Notes under the pieces: model-generated
Databases searched by the model: none
The model's input: the letters and a program-made list of their open reading frames with translations, nothing else
What the model was told of the DNA's origin: nothing
Program-made: the position numbers and the translations under genes
Assembly: GCA_964016885.1 (NCBI GenBank)
Contig: OZ024743.1
Span: 162,378,001-162,442,000 of the forward strand
From: Eledone cirrhosa
Taxonomy: Eukaryota
DNA: 64,000 nucleotides
Direction: 5' to 3'
Shown here: positions 51,642 through 64,000 of the stretch, piece after piece
Numbering within the stretch: position 1 is the first letter of the stretch
Layout: each line of letters begins with the position of its first letter

Positions 51642-52699
51642 TATAGTCCATATATGGGCATGTAATGAGAACATAGCAATAGAGTCATATCAAACAATTC
51701 TAAAAGTTGTTTTTCTTTTTTGTCACGGGGAGTGGTCAAAGGTTTTGGAAACAGTTAAATTCCTTCATAGCGGCGGGTGGAGGTGGGGGTGGCTGAACTT
51801 ACCTGTAGAACAGGGGGAGGGGGTTAAGATGACAATCTGACCTGTGGATGCCAGGCCGGTCATGCGTTAAGAGAGAATTCTATACAGCTATCTCTAAAGG
51901 GGTGAGAACCTATAATAAACCTTGGTTAAAGAGCAAAGTAAATATAATTTAATACTAAATTCCTAATTAATAATATTTAGTTATTAGTTACTCTAATACA
52001 CTAGAACAGCACCTCAAAGTAGTAATTTATCAATATTATCTTCCATAATCATATACCCCTACAGCACTACACCTAACTTTGCACAAAACATCGCTTCATC
52101 AAACAACAAAAAACTCCTCTCTAACAGAAGAAACATCAATGATATTAGTGGAGAGCAAACTAGGAGGTGTAACTGTCCGGATACTTGTGATATTTCCAAT
52201 CCCATCACAGTCGAATAGGCCTTTCTTTCTTCTAAGTCTGATGAAATAAAATAAGTACTAGTCAGAATCTGGCATTGATGATGACTACACATGTTTTCCT
52301 CAATATACGGTGCCCACTCTATCATCGTCTAGGTTTAGGCTTAACTATAGGGTTTATATATTTTTAAATATCTACACTCTACTTTCTATAAAGAATGGAG
52401 AACTAAGTTGAAAATACGTCTTACTTGTCTCAATTAGCCGTGCGTTATCCACACATGTATATGTGGGGAGGGGAGCGTGTGTCTGTGTGTGTGCAGTTAA
52501 AATATGTTTTTCAGTAGATTGATTGTAGTGTCTGTTTATTATAGATTGACGGCAGACTTCAAACTTTCACCGATTGACTTGTCCCCCAACGGCGAAATTT
52601 CGAAGTCACTATCAACAATCTACAATATACATACATACATACATGTCCAGGAGAAACCCTCACTGACTATTAAAAAGAATTGTGTTTCGACAGTGGCTC

Positions 52700-53380
52700 T
52701 TTAAGCCCACCACCAGACTCCTACACATTTTGGCAGGCATTACATCAAAGCTGCATGTGTGCACATCAATATGCAAAAGTGTATTCTGATGTATAGCACC
52801 GTGTCCTTTTAATCCCCTTATAGATATGCAAACCTTCTCACATGAAGTATATGTTACGATATCTATTACCATGATCTTTTTGTCCGGTCTTATGAATTTG
52901 AGAGAGATTAATCAATTGGAGAGACATATGCGATCGCCAATACCACAGACTAGCTCACAAATCGTGTGTTTTCGTGCAATTCCTTTAAATTCCGTGAGAG
53001 GTACGTACATTTACAAAATCCTAGACTATATTGGAGACGGTGAAAAGTATTTCTTTTCCAGTTGTACACACATATTTCAAATGATTTCTAAGAGACTTTC
53101 ACAGTCATTAATCTACAGCCATGGTTTGTGTTGGGGGTACTTTCCAAATACAAACCTGCCATGCAGTATCTGCTTTAAAATCCTCTAATTCATACAAGGT
53201 GCCGATCCAAGGTAGGTGGAGCCTAAATACCATTGTCTCAATAGTCAACAAGTCGACACTCCTCAAAATCTTTGTCTGTGACGATCAGCTAACATTCAGA
53301 ATATGTCACAAACATCTCGCATGAAAGTGTTCAAGGATATTTACGTGCTGCTTGTAAAGGACCTCTTTTATATGAGTAAA
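52700..53380 (-). mobile_element. Degraded RTE LINE 3' end
   Basis: ILRSVDLLTIETMVFRLHLPWIG, KQILHG and GKYPQHKP mirror the C-terminus of the RTE at 1-2735. Confidence 0.65.
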
Positions 53381-53469
53381 GAAGAGAAATCAGTCGATTA
53401 AAGCTCGAAATATCAGGCACTAGAGTCAAAGCAATGAAAAACACTTATTTTAACTACATCGGTGTGTGA

Positions 53470-53552
<83 letters not shown>

Positions 53553-54763
53553 TGTGTGTGTGCATGCGTGTGTGTGTGCGCGCGTGTGTGTGGTATGTGT
53601 GTGTGTGTGTGTTAATCAGAATATGAAAAGGATATTGAAAGTAATAAGAGGTGTCAACTATATCCAATAACAATACACTAAATTGCCTAGTTTTTAACAC
53701 TACTTACATTACTATGGTATGGTATGGTCTCATAATTCCTGATGGAGTCGTAGGGGCGCCGTATTAGTATAAGGCGTTGCTTGGGCATTTTAAACCTGGC
53801 GGGGCTCAACCCTCTCCAATCTTGAGTACAGTAGATTTCTTCCAGAAAAGGATAAAGAGTGAGAGAGGGGAAGTGAGAAAGAGGATCGACTCCAGTACTA
53901 GACAGGTACTTTTTTATGGACCTCGAAAGGATTAAAGGTAAAGTTGACTTCGGTCGGGTGGGATTTGAACTCAGAGAGCAGAGAGCTAGACCAAATACCT
54001 CAAAGCACTCTATCCGACGTTCTAATAACTCTGCCAGTTCACTGCCATTACTACTGTACCTGTAAAATACTGAATGTCACATCAGCCAATACAATCATGA
54101 CAAAAAAAGATGTTACATGTTTCACACCTAAATAAAGAGAATTAATATATTACAAAGGACGAATTGGCAGAGTCGTTAGAACGCCTGATAGAATGATTTG
54201 CGGTATTCGTTTCGGCTCTCTTCTTTCTGAGTTCAAATCTGGAAGAAATCTGCTATATTCAGACCAGAAGATGAGATGGGCTCCACCAGGGATTTTAAAT
54301 TCCCTAGAAATGTTGTATGGCACCCCTTGACTCCATAAGGGGTTAACGGACTATGCATGCAATATATAGCAAGCCTTTTGCTTTTAATATATCCCCACAA
54401 TTGAAAAAAGAAGTGGTTGTTTGATTTATTGTTGTTATTTTGTATGTGTGGATGTAGTGACGCTCTTTTTCCATCTTCATCAATAGAAAAAATAGTTCAT
54501 CTTTTTCGAAGCTCACGTCACCTTTGCTGTAATGTTATCGTTGGGTGTTTAATTCAGTGTTGAATTTCCGCATAATTAATGGCAATAGTAATGAACTGCT
54601 GAATGCTATTAGGCAGTTGATGTTCGAGAAATGGCAGAAAGACTATTTTCATTCTAATCTATCAACATTTTGAAATAACTTCGGAATTTGCTCCCAAACT
54701 AAATTGCACAATTTAGAAGTAAACACACATGAACACACATGAACATACACACACGCGCGCGCG

Positions 54764-54845
<82 letters not shown>

Positions 54846-54962
54846 TGCATACATACATACATACATACATACATACATACATACATACATGAATATATAC
54901 ATACATAATATACTTGCATACATACATTATATATATAATACATACACACATACTACAACACT

Positions 54963-55012
<50 letters not shown>

Positions 55013-55022
55013 AGTGTTGTAG

Positions 55023-55127
<105 letters not shown>

Positions 55128-55222
55128 AAAATAACGGAGTAAAGGACTCGCGTATAATCCTGTAATTAAATGAGTTCAAAGGAAATAGTTTTCCTGGGCA
55201 CTTTAAAATACAATATATAGAG

Positions 55223-55960
55223 GGGAAAGACACAGAAGAGTGTGTTTTTCTTTACAGGAATTTCGAACGACCAGCGTGAAGAGAATATAAGCTAATAGAG
55301 GCATTGGTAAAACATTAAAATTAAAAGTATAAATTGAAATGAAAAACCATCCTCACCTAAATCACACATGTACACACTCACCAGGAGCATGTTTCGCCAT
55401 TTCAGTGGGTCACCAGCATGTGGAAGGCCGATATTGTCCGCACTACTACAGAGAGAACTAAAATAAACCACCCTTCGCACGTGTAGACATAAGAGGAATG
55501 CGTGCTCGGCGCAGTAACTGGTGGCATGAATACAACAAGCTGCTAGAGATGGCAGCCTATACTATTCCATTTAAGGTGCTCAACAGCAGAGAGAGCGCAA
55601 GGAGCAAATATCAAGTAAAAATAACGGAGTAAAGGACTCGCGTATAATCCTGTAATTAAATGAATAATTAAATAGTTCTCCTGTAATTAAATGAGTAATT
55701 AAATAGTTCTCTCTCTAGTAGTGCGGACAATATTGGCCTTCCACATGCTGATGACCCACCGGGCCGTATTGGAACCCACTAAAATGGCGAAACATGCTCC
55801 TGGTGAGTGTGTACATGTGTGATTAAGGTGAGTATGGTTTTTCATTTCAATTTATACTTTTAATTTTAATGTTTTACCAATGCCTCTATTAGCTTATATT
55901 CTTCTCACGCTGGTGGTTCGAAATTCCTGTAATGAAAAACACACTCTCCTGTGTCTTCCC
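55223..55960. repeat. Inverted duplication (~225 bp arms) containing a degenerate hammerhead-like motif
   Basis: 55223-55450 is the reverse complement of 55700-55960. CTGATGACCCA...TGGCGAAACATG lies within the arms. 55124-55172 is directly repeated at 55614-55662. Confidence 0.85.
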
Positions 55961-55964
55961 CCCC

Positions 55965-56038
<74 letters not shown>

Positions 56039-56249
56039 AGAAATTAAAAGATGGTTAAAGAAGTTCCATATATTTTTTCATATATTTTTTCTTCTTTAAT
56101 ATATACTCCAGTTCTACCAACTGTTGAGTGCTACTTATCTGATATATGCGTAGTTTTATTGTTCTACAATATTACTCACCTTCTACATTATATATTACCA
56201 AACCATACTTGAGAACATGCGTTTCACCTAAAGAGGATTGTCAACTTGG

Positions 56250-58020
56250 ATATGGTTATGATGTAAACAGAAGTATTTTCGAACTATATACACTACAACC
56301 GGGCGACATCTTCAAGAACATCCTTCAGTGTGATGGTTGGTCCCCTGACTCACTTGTACACATGGGGTTTCCATATCCGGCTAATGCGAACCTCCTACGC
56401 TTTATGATGTCAGAAAGGTGAAGGTGTGACCCGTAGAGTGATTTATTTCCTATGTGTGTTCTCCAGGATATGTTCTGGACCTTTCTCAGCATCAGATGAA
56501 TGTACCATTAATCCTCTTGGTGAGTGTTTATGTTAGTGTCCATGACTTACATCTGTGGAGGAGAATGGACTCAACTGTTTCTTTGAATAGCCTCATTTTC
56601 ATTGTTTTCTCAATTGGAGACACCCACACCTTCGATGGGGTGTTGAGAGCCCCCATACCTTGCCTATCCTGGTTCTACATCATACTATGTGTTCACGAAA
56701 CTGCCGAAGTATAAGAAGTCATCCACTTCCTCAGTCTCTGAACTGTCTAGGGCATGCATTTGTTTAATTGACCTTGGATTGAGATGCATGAATTTTGTTT
56801 TGCCAGCACTCAATAAGTGCCCAATGGACTGCACTGAAACCTCCACTTTGTGTAGCACGTCCTCGGCTTCTTTGCGGGTGTTTTCCAGGTGAGCTATGTT
56901 TGTGCGTAAGCCATTTCTGGTGTCGGGTATTTTGTCGACTTTTCAGCATTATTACGTCTGATGGCGCAATGGCATTACGCAGTGCATAAACAAAGCATAT
57001 CTCAAAAAAGAAAGGGGCCGGAGGATCTCCTTGGAGGACTCCGGTATCAATGGATAATTGGTCTGAGTTTACCTCAGGTGTCATTACAAGTGCTGAAGTT
57101 TTCTCACATAGGACTTTAACTGCATTCACAGTCTGATGAGGTACCCATAAGCAATAATTTTGAGCATCGTCTTTCGGTCAATTGAATCAAAAGCCTTCTT
57201 GAAATCTATGAATACAATTGCTGCCTCCTTCTTGTGATTCCGTATCACCTCAACAATCCTTCTAAGAGCCAAGATGTGTGAAGCAGTAAAACGAAATGGC
57301 CAATATCCATTTTGGCTGGAACGTAGAATGTTGTCAATACACAGTCTGATCCTATTCAGGAACATCCTATTGTAAGTCTTTGCTACAATTTGAGTAAGAC
57401 TGATGCCTCTATAGTTGGTGCAGATTGTAAGGTTACTTGTCTTGGGTGTTGGCACTATTCCTAACATTCCCCATTCCTCAGGCTTGTGCCCTTCAAAGAT
57501 TTCGATGCAGAAGTTTCTTAGAAACTTGCGAGCTTTGGGTAGTTTCCATAGTTAGACCATCAAACCATAGTTAGACCATCAAACCCAGGAGCTTTGCCTG
57601 GTTTCATTACCTTTAGTGCATTGTCCACCTCTTCTATGAAGAACTCAGCGATGTTTATCTCTGGATGGACTTCAAATCGTTTGGATCACAATGAATGTCA
57701 ACTGATAGGACTATTTGGAAGTGCTCCCTCCAAGTCACAAGGATATATATCACATTCTTACTCTTCTTCTTACCAGAAAGTTCTTTTATCAGTCTCCAAG
57801 TTCTCTTGGATTGTTGTTGTTACTATTCTCAAAATCAACCAGGATTTTATTGATTCTTTCATCTTCCAGATGGTCGAAAGAACAGGGCTGAATTATGTGG
57901 TGGTGTTGCACATCTGAAACTGTAGATTTTATGGTGTCGCTTCTGACTGTAGCCAGTAACTTATAACAACAGCATTGGGATTTCCCTTGAATACTGCTGT
58001 GTCAATCCGATCATTGACCT
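56250..58020 (-). mobile_element. Degraded RTE-like LINE
   Basis: NYRGISL, SQNGY, FIDFKKAFDSIDR and TGVLQGD.PAP. Confidence 0.82.
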
Positions 58021-58199
58021 CAGTTACATATAGTATACGCCACCTTCACCTCCATCCCCCACATTCGATACACCTCCCATGAGCACAGGCTGAAGCATAA
58101 ATCTGGTATGCACCCCCTTCCGTACACGTCTCACATCCAAACACTCGCCCATACACCTACCTCCTAATCCCCACACACCGTTCGCACCAATGTCCCCAG

Positions 58200-58420
58200 C
58201 CGACGACAAAAAGGACACAGCCCACACTGTAAAGTGGTCGTGTAGGTGCCACGACAAAAGCCACCCAACCCACACTGTAACGTGGTCGTGTAGGTGTCAC
58301 GGCAAAAAGCATCCAACTCATACTGTAAAGTGGTCGTGTAGGTGTCACGACCTAAAGCACCCAATACTCACTGTAAATGTGGTTGACGTTAGGAAAGGTA
58401 TCCAGCTAAGAAACCAAGCT
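58200..58420 (+). repeat. 48-bp minisatellite (~4 units) merging into a SINE-type tail
   Basis: CACACTGTAAAGTGGTCGTGTAGGTGCCACGAC recurs at 58223, 58271, 58319 and partially 58367, then GGTTGACGTTAGGAAAGGTATCCAGC. Confidence 0.85.
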
Positions 58421-58517
58421 AAAATCAGTTCTGTATGAGCAACTCGTCTAAGCCATGCTAACGTGGGAAATGAACGTTAAATGGTGATGTCCATTCTATT
58501 CAATAAGCTTCGTGCCA

Positions 58518-58622
<105 letters not shown>

Positions 58623-58964
58623 TTGAAGTTTGCTTGAAGCATGCATTGTGAAATAATAAAGAAAATCGTTTTGGAAGATTCAACAATGCCATGAGAAAAT
58701 CTCCGGGTAACAGAACAGGTGGTAATGAGACACAACTTTTTCCCCTCGGAAACCCCCAGTTGATGGATATGAAATCCGAAATATAGGGACTATTAAATCA
58801 CTTTCAAAGTAAATCTATCTCGTGTTATTATTTGTTTACACTTTTCCTACGTTCCTTTACAGTCTCTAGTCTCTTTCCACGCTTCCTCTTACATCTCTCT
58901 CTCATTACCACCTGATTCTGTTCCCCGGAGATTTACTCATCTGCATTGTTGAAGCTTCAAAAAC

Positions 58965-59059
<95 letters not shown>

Positions 59060-59060
<1 letters not shown>

Positions 59061-59317
59061 TGTTATACTTTGGGAGGGTCATGTTGTAATAATATTGCCA
59101 GAAATAATAACAGAACCCACTCACTGTTTGGTTGGTTTTCGCTTCTGTGTCTTTTATATCTCCACAGCTAATTCATTTGGTCCTCAATGTTTATCATTGA
59201 CTGACCAACGGTCAAAAATACAGATATAATATAGATATAAATACATATATATATATATAGTCTAACAAAGTTCTAACAAAGTTCTTTCGTTGCACATCTG
59301 CAACATCGTCAGTGGTA
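59060..59317 (-). mobile_element. PLE terminal repeat of the 49874 family, with hammerhead at 59274-59317
   Basis: Shares CAACATGACCCTCCCAAAGTATAACA with ~50417-50441. TACCA-CTGACGA-T-GTTGCA GATG TGCAAC-GAAA-GAAC-TT^TGTTA. Confidence 0.75.
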
Positions 59318-60096
59318 CTATTATGTTCCTCCTGAAACAATATTTGTTTCGACACATGATTTCATATCAAAAACCTCGCAAAATAAATATATATATATAT
59401 GTCCATCGGGTTCCTTACTACACCTCCTTCGTTATATATATATATATATATCCAAAATTAACAGAATTAGCTCTACAATTAAGGAGCCGTATTTATATAT
59501 CTATATCCAAAATTAAGATAAATTAAATGAATTTAATCCAAATGCTCGGACCTACACGATAGAATCTTTGAGCTTATTTTCCGGGCGATATGGCGCATGC
59601 CGTTATGGCATGACACCCATAATTTTGATTTGGATTAAACTCATTTAATTTATCTTAATTTTGGATATAGATATATAAATACGGCTCCTTAATTGTAGAG
59701 CTAATTCTGTTGAAAGGAATCGACTGCTGTTTCTAGTTGTCGAATACCTATTCACGCCACTGAGACGAAGCCGCTGTGGTGTGTAAACACAACACGCGGT
59801 AGCGGCCAGTTGAAGATTTGAACTCGCTGTGTAAGCATGGATTGCTGGACATTTTTCTTCCTTGTTGATAATCCAAAAATATCCACTTCCGTGACTTACC
59901 ATCTGATTAATTGGTGAAATATATTTCTTTAATGGAATATATACAGGGAAGATTAATCATATTAAAAGGTATCTATTTTTGAAGTTCTAGTCAACTTTAT
60001 TTATTTGTTACCCACCTAGCTATGCGTGGTTACACGCTTGTAAAAATTATCTCCTGTGATTATTCATGTTTATATATATGTTAATCAATTTCTAGT

Positions 60097-60173
<77 letters not shown>

Positions 60174-60499
60174 CAAAAGGGATATTTAATTTGTTGGTAA
60201 TACGAAAGCCATTAAATCGTTATTAACCTAGTGTAAGTTTATAGGACTATAATCAACTGTATTAAATTTATTATGGAGTATGTTATAAACATAATTCTTA
60301 GCCTATAGGTTTAACGGCAGAGAAACAGTAACCTAAAATATAAGTATAGGTAGGGGGTCTATCTCCGTAGTAGGAGAATAGTCATTGTCAAATAGGAGGA
60401 GTGGGCAGTATACGTAAGGCATCCAGCAAGAATGGTCATTACATGGGGCTAGATACTCTCATAGGAATTATTTTGGATCAAGCCGGATGGGGCGGGTAA

Positions 60500-62155
60500 A
60501 TTCATTACCTCACGCATACTATACCTTCCATTGTCCAGGAGGTACGCCCATTGGGATGCAATAGTATTCATCAGTGAACAAATATTCGACTAATTGAAGT
60601 TAGAATTCCCTCCATACAAGGGGAGCATAGATGGATTGAAGGATTAAGGAGTCAAGGAGTTGAAGGAGTACTACGGAATTATAAAGGAGTGATACCCAGC
60701 TTATCTAGTTAACTGGCTTAAAGTAGTAGAAGGAACTAAGGATCATGTGTGGACAAGAGGAAAATATTTCAGATTTCCTATTGAGTAGGTTGCATCTAGA
60801 GTATATTATGGCGTGAGACTCTAAAAGGCACAGGTTACATGTTCTGCTCGGTGAGCTATATGGTGTAGATTTAGTCACCAATCTCCAATTAAGGGTATAA
60901 GTAATACCAGCATTTTTTAATTCGAAAACATACCCGGCCAAAGAGGTGGTATGCTTGAGCCTATCATATTTGAATGTGTAATTATGGGAGTTGTATCTAG
61001 TCTTAAAGGAGGTAGAGGTTGAGCCAATGTAAGTTTTGGTAGAGGTAGCCGTTATAACATCGCATGCATAAACTATATTCCTCATGAGGCAGTTGCCCTT
61101 CAAAGGGCAACTATCTCTCCGTCTACAATTACAATTGCGGTTTGTACTGTTCAACATGCGTCGGGAGGACTGGTTAGTTGTATTATCCCGAAACGTTATT
61201 TGTACATCTGGTGTGTCGTTACCACCATCAGGGAACTTATTTCCCAATGGGTTAGGTTGTTGGTGGTTATTTACAGAGTTGATGGTCTCAAACCCTACCC
61301 TAATTTTCCTATTATTAGTGCATGCTAAGTGGGAAGCTAAGTTAGGGGTAGTGGGATATGATAGTTTAATCGTATTTTTATTAATAATACCATGATATCT
61401 ACTGCCTGGCGGGAAGTTCCTTTCAAAGGTAGAGAAGAAGGTTCTGGGAAGGTTGGTTACGATTTCAGAGTTTTAGGGTGGGTTAAAGTATGTCTTTAGT
61501 CTTTTTCTATTTTTTCTATTTTTCTTCTCAAGTGAGTGGTTACCCATATAATTCCCAATATTGCCATAATTTACCAGATATGGCTGCCCTACGTTATTTA
61601 GGTTCCTACCCAAGTCACTAGATCTTATAACATCGCTATTAGTATTAATAGTAGAGGTATTAGGAGGGTTCACGGTATGTTTATTCCGCCGTGGCCGGGA
61701 AGAACTATTTACTATATGGGTCTTACCTCTATTCTTATCTCTATTACTGTTATTATTTAGAGACATTTTATGCGTAATTATAGTATTTGGTCCAGCACGC
61801 GTGGTTTGGGAGTTACTAGGTATGTAATATAACTTATTCTTATATCCAGACCTTGCTAGTGCTTCATTATAATATTCAACATTAGAGTTAAATGCGTCCT
61901 CACTGTGTGACAGTCGGCTAATCCTATTTAATACGCCTTTAATAATGGCATTTAGGACAGATTTAGGATGGTTGGAATTAGCATTTACATAGGTCAGTTT
62001 TTCGTCAGGTTTATGATAAGGTGTGAATGTCTTATTTTCTAAATCAAGGGTTACATCTAAAAAATTATCTGTTTTATTATTCTTATCTATAGTAATACAA
62101 AGGTTGAAGCCTTTAAAGAATTTATGTAGGTCCTTCCTAGTTCTTTCAATGTTGT

Positions 62156-62160
<5 letters not shown>
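60500..62160 (-). mobile_element. Penelope-like element: RT thumb + GIY-YIG endonuclease + 3' repeat, 5'-truncated at (TA)n
   Basis: NFLDVTLDL, PYHKP, YVNANSNHP, YFNPP*, IKLSY, CNC..CPL.GNC, IVY..YIG.T..FKTRY..H, CNLCL.E and LLN.KSE...CPH. ORFs 61473-62207 and 60705-61247 are one frame split by a single TAA. Confidence 0.92.
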
Positions 62161-62206
<46 letters not shown>

Positions 62207-63071
62207 AATTACTACTCCTCTATTTCCCCTTGCTTACTTAAGGCACTTATCTACGCTTCTAAACATACAGACTTATCTAGTGAAGAAATGAATATCATTC
62301 TAACAGCACGTAACAACTGTAATATTCGAGTGCACTGTGGCTCACCCTGTGAAACTATAGGACATAAGACTCTTTGTCATGGGAAATCCTCTGGCCTATA
62401 TCTATTTCAACTATCAACTTTTCTCACTTGCTAATTCTGAAAAGAAACGCCACATGCAATAATCTGTTTCCTATTAAAGTAAATACGTCACAATACGTGT
62501 TCATAGCAACGCTAAGACAATGAAATCACATTTAAATACCGGGTATGCATTTCTATGGATTTTAATGACGGATGGTTCGGTCAGATAGAAAAAAACGTAA
62601 ACATTACGAAGTTTTAGTAAAAAATTAAAAATCAAGAAATATATGTATAAGAAGGTAGATATATGAAATTATTATGTTAAATAATAAAAAATATTAACAA
62701 AGTTATTTTTATAAAGTCTATGAAAAATCAGTCTGATGTCGATCGGATAGATCGCACCCCAAAACTTTATACTTATTTATCGTTAAAAACGTGCGATCTG
62801 TACGCGAGTATATACGGTCTGTATATTTTGTCGTAAGCTAAGCAGCCGAAGCATATACTAAAGATATAAATAAATATATTCTGAGCCGAAGTAGCCGAGA
62901 CTACGTAAAAGTTGGGCTTTGATCAGAAGTTGGGCTTTGAACATCAAAACAACAACAGGAAATACGTTATCAAAGGGCTTATATACCCTCTCACTTATAC
63001 TACTATCCTTAAATAGACGTATTGATTTGCATTCTATTCTTAGAGTGGAGTATATGTGGGTGTTTATGCAA

Positions 63072-63375
63072 GTAGACCCTAATGCTTCCACACATGAAAT
63101 TCAGCGATCCTTCCACTATTAGAAACATGTCTGGAATGCTTCTTCCGAAATGGCATCACTCCTCATGGTGTCCACTTGTCTCTCAAGGCCTTTCAGTCGC
63201 ATTTTCATTTTAGTGTTCCCCAAAATGAAAATGCCACTGAAAGGCCTTGACAGACAAGTGGACACCATGAGGAGTGATGCCATTTCGGAAGAAGCATTCC
63301 AGACATGTTTCTAATAGTGGAAGGATCGCTGAATTTCATGTGTGGAAGCATTAGGGTCTACTTCAAAATAGATTT
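63072..63375. mobile_element. Mariner transposase C-terminal fragment with fold-back inverted duplication
   Basis: Plus strand 63213-63375 reads VFPKMKMPLKG...ISEEAFQTCF.*WKDR..CVEA.G.YF. 63072-63200 is its reverse complement. Confidence 0.78.
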
Positions 63376-63738
63376 GCAATTGAACGCTAACATTTTCAGA
63401 ATTTTCGCCCCAGCCAAAGGTCGAGTACGTATATGTAAATATATATATATATATATATAGGAACAAGTATGACCCCGACGGCAGAGCTCAAGCCGTTTTG
63501 ACGGCTAATTCTGGACTAAAAAAAGGTTTTAGTCCAGAATTAGCCGTCGAAACGGCTTGAGCTCTGCCGTCGAGGTCATACTTGTTCCTATTACCCACTC
63601 TACTACCCTAAGTATTGAGTACTTTGGTGCGTTATGGTCTATCTGGTTCCTTACCACATTTCTTTCGTTATATATATATATATAATTAAAATAAAATGAC
63701 AGGAGGCTGGACTTGTGTAAATCCTTGAAAGGTTTATT

Positions 63739-63796
63739 ATACTATGATCATTTCAATGACCGGGTTCCGTATGAATCCGGTGATATCATCAGGTAT
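63739..63796 (-). ncRNA. Type I hammerhead with extended stem II
   Basis: ATAC-CTGATGA-[TATCACCGGATTC ATACG GAACCCGGTCATT]-GAAA-T GATC A-TA^GTAT. Confidence 0.8.
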
Positions 63797-64000
63797 TCGA
63801 AATATAATAAATGAATGTAATAGATAGAATCCATGGGGCTGAAAATCAAAGACCGGAGGACGACCGCCATCCAGCATCTTCCACCTTTGCCGGTCGCCCT
63901 CAAGTGAGGTGGCTAAAGCTTATAGTGTGCTACTACCGGTCAAATAGAGGAAAACAGAAAGGAGGAGGAAGATAAGTCAGCGTTAATATCATGCCACAAA

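Noticed and set aside
58200-58420. CRISPR-like array of hairpin repeats
   Set aside because: The spacers are short and homologous to each other, there are no cas genes, and the context is eukaryotic.
59864-59930. Possible decayed hammerhead TTGATAA-TCCAA...TTGGT-GAAATATATTTC
   Set aside because: Too many core changes and no clear stem I to call it.

Overview
AT-rich, microsatellite-dense animal genomic DNA with no intact host gene. The SINE families and (TA)n/(CA)n/(TACA)n load suggest a coleoid cephalopod such as Octopus, which is an inference. The window is mostly decayed transposons: RTE, CRE and R4/Dong-like non-LTR retrotransposons, a gag-like ORF1, Penelope-like elements (PLEs), mariner and hAT remnants, non-autonomous Helitrons (one with its empty site preserved next door), and tRNA-derived SINEs. 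It also holds a 28S rRNA fragment and a possible SLC22-like pseudo-exon. Two signals stand out. First, about 14 type I hammerhead ribozyme motifs (read by eye), several linked to PLE termini, including variants with very long branched stem II and a GAAA-GAAC-UU mini stem III. Second, about a dozen fold-back inverted duplications, centred either on (TA)n tracts or on the ribozyme part of PLE repeats. All alignments and folds were done by eye. Element boundaries are approximate except where termini are quoted.
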